The translations under genes were made by a program, and so were the position numbers. The notes beneath the pieces were generated by a model that was given only the letters and a program-made list of their open reading frames with translations, did not search any database and had not been told where the DNA came from. A stretch of DNA of 64,000 nt from Heterodontus francisci (lineage: Eukaryota), in NCBI RefSeq assembly GCF_036365525.1, contig NC_090410.1, forward strand, positions 12,072,062 to 12,136,061, read 5' to 3'. This document shows positions 61,851-64,000 of this stretch, in pieces. Each line of letters begins with the position of its first letter. Position 1 is the first letter of the stretch.

Positions 61851-63040
61851 AGAATTCAGCCAACAAACCAAAGAAAAAAAAATTCACTGGCCACTCATTT
61901 AGCTGCCGCCTGTGGGATCTTGCTGTGTACAAAATGGCTGTCATGTTTTCCTACACAGCAGGGACTGCATTCGAAAGTAATTCTTTGTAGGCAATGTGCT
62001 TTGGAATGTTTCTCAGACAAAGTGTTACATAAATGTAGGTTTACTAGGGGGTGCCACAGTCTCAGGATATGGGGTCAGCCATTTTAGACTGAGGAGGATA
62101 GAAATTTCTTCAAGGGTTTGGAATTTTCTACTCCAGAGGGCGGTGGATGCTCAATTGTTGAGTAATTCAAGAATGAGATCGATAGGATCGTTGGACTCTA
62201 AGGGAATCAATGGATATGGGGATTGGGCAGGAAAGTGAAGTTAATGTCAAAGATCAGTCATGAGTTTATTGAATGGTGGAGCAGGCTTGAAGGGGGGACC
62301 ATATGGTCTACTCCTGCTCCAATTCTCTATGTTCTTATGAATACAATACTGCAACTGAAGGTCTAACCAGTATTTATTTATTTTTTTTAAGTTTAGCATA
62401 ACTACTTTGCTTTTGTACTCTATTGCCTCTATGTAATAAAACCAAGGATCCCATAAGCTTTTTTAAAAACAGCCTTATCAACTTGACCAGCCACCTTCAA
62501 AGATTTGTGCTTCTGAACCCCCAGGTCTCTACTCCTACACCCCCTTTAAAATGCTGCCATTTAGTACTGTATACCACAGCATGCTTGCCTTCAGTATGAA
62601 AATGACCATTAACTACTACTCCCTGCCTCTTATCCAAAGTTGTATCCACCTCCCGACAGCCCCTTTAAATCCATGGTCTTTGCTAACAAGTCATTACATT
62701 AAATGCCTTTTAAATCTAATTATGTGACAGACGACAGCACAAGATAGAAGCACATCCATGACCTGCCCTGCAGGAGCAGATGCAAGAACAGCTCTGATCC
62801 TAATATAACCATGGCCTCGAACACAATAGAAAACCACAGGGGATGGGAGGAATCTGAAGTCATGGAAACAGCATTTCTCTGCAATGGGTTATGCAGCTGT
62901 AAGAATTATACACCGACCGTCATGTCTGCAACCTAGAGTGGAGAGTTGTCCGAGGGGGGGGCGCTGAGGGTTGGAGTTAATTCTGCTTTCAGAACAGGTG
63001 AGGGACAGATGTGCTAGATTTTTTTTAAAAAAGGGATAAT

Positions 63041-63238
63041 AGCAAAATCCTGCAGGTATTGGAAAACAGAAAATAATGGAAACCCTCAGTGTGTCAGCCA
63101 ACATCTGTGGAAAGAACGGACAAGTTTGCTTTTCAGGTGTGGAACAGTTTTGAAACGGAGTCCACAGCTGAAACATTAACCTGTCTATACTCTCCACAAA
63201 GGCTGGCTGTGCCAGAGTGCACTTCCAGCATTTTCTGC
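63041..63238. mobile_element. Highly degenerate Penelope-like palindromic short element
   Basis: Arms ACATCTGTGGAAAGA.. / ..GAAACATTAACCTGT..CTCCACA..TTCCAGCATTTTCTG of the 18981 family. Confidence 0.55.
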
Positions 63239-63444
63239 TGTTGGTTATCTCAAAGAAATGTAGAAAATTCTGAAAGGACTTGACAGGGTAGATGCCAAGG
63301 GGCTGTTTCCTCCTGTCTAGAACTAGCGGCTGTTGTCTCAGGATAAAGGATTGACCATTTAGGACTGAGGAGAAATTTCTTCACTCAGGTGGTGTGAGTA
63401 TTTGGAATTCCCTGCCCCAGAGGACATCGGTATATTCAAGAGAT

Positions 63445-64000
63445 CTTTTTTGTGGTATATATCAACGATTTGGACGTAAATGTGGGCATGATCAGATTGT
63501 TTGCAGACGACACAAAGATTGGCTGTGTGGTAGATAGCGAGGATACTGATGGTCTGGTCAGATAGGCAGAAAAGTGGCAAATGGAATTCAACCCGGAGAA
63601 GTGTGAGGTGATGCATTCGGGAGGTCAAACAAGGCAAAGGAATACACGATTAATGGGAAAATACTGGGAGGTGTAGAAGTGAGGGACTTCGGCGTGAGTG
63701 TCCACAGATCCCTGAAGGTAGCAGGACAGGTCAATAAGGTGCTTAAGAAGTCATATGGAATCCTTTCCTTTATTAGCCAAGGTATAGAATGCAAGTGCAG
63801 GGAGGTTATGCTGGAACTGTATAACTCATTAGTTGGGCCACAACTTGAGTACTGTGTGCAGTTCTGGTCACCTCATTACAGAAAGGATGTAATTGCACTA
63901 GAGAGGGTACAGAGGAGATTTACAAGGATGTTGCCGGGACTGGAAAAATGCAGCTATGAGGAAAGACTGGATAGGCTGGGGTTGTTCTCCTTGGAACAGT
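63445..64000 (+). mobile_element. CR1 RT/C-terminal fragment running off window end
   Basis: [39 protein letters not shown] motifs. Confidence 0.88.

Overview
Eukaryotic (vertebrate) genomic DNA, most likely a cartilaginous fish (shark/ray), judged by its HE1-like V-SINEs, DeuSINEs and CR1 LINEs. Five spliced protein-coding genes can be assembled from splice sites and recognisable protein motifs: YIF1B (+, 7 coding exons, first exon not found in the window), ACTMAP/C19orf54 (-, complete, 312 aa, containing a U12-type minor intron), SNRPA/U1A (+, complete, 278 aa, head-to-head with ACTMAP at a CpG-rich promoter), MIA (+, complete, 133 aa) and a CIPC-like gene (-, last two exons). Roughly half of the window is transposable element: several CR1 LINE subfamilies (some nested or rearranged), tRNA-derived SINEs, two hAT derivatives and two minisatellites. 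The most interesting signals are RNA-level: (i) the U1A autoregulatory PIE hairpin in the SNRPA 3'UTR keeps exact geometry but has one degenerate U1A box, and is accompanied by a perfect U1 snRNP site with a candidate long-range anti-U1 partner; (ii) a family of short palindromic Penelope-like elements carrying minimal hammerhead-ribozyme motifs, including a perfect 93-bp inverted repeat with a 15-bp target-site duplication. Gene and repeat-family names come from recalled homology, not database searches; repeat boundaries are approximate.
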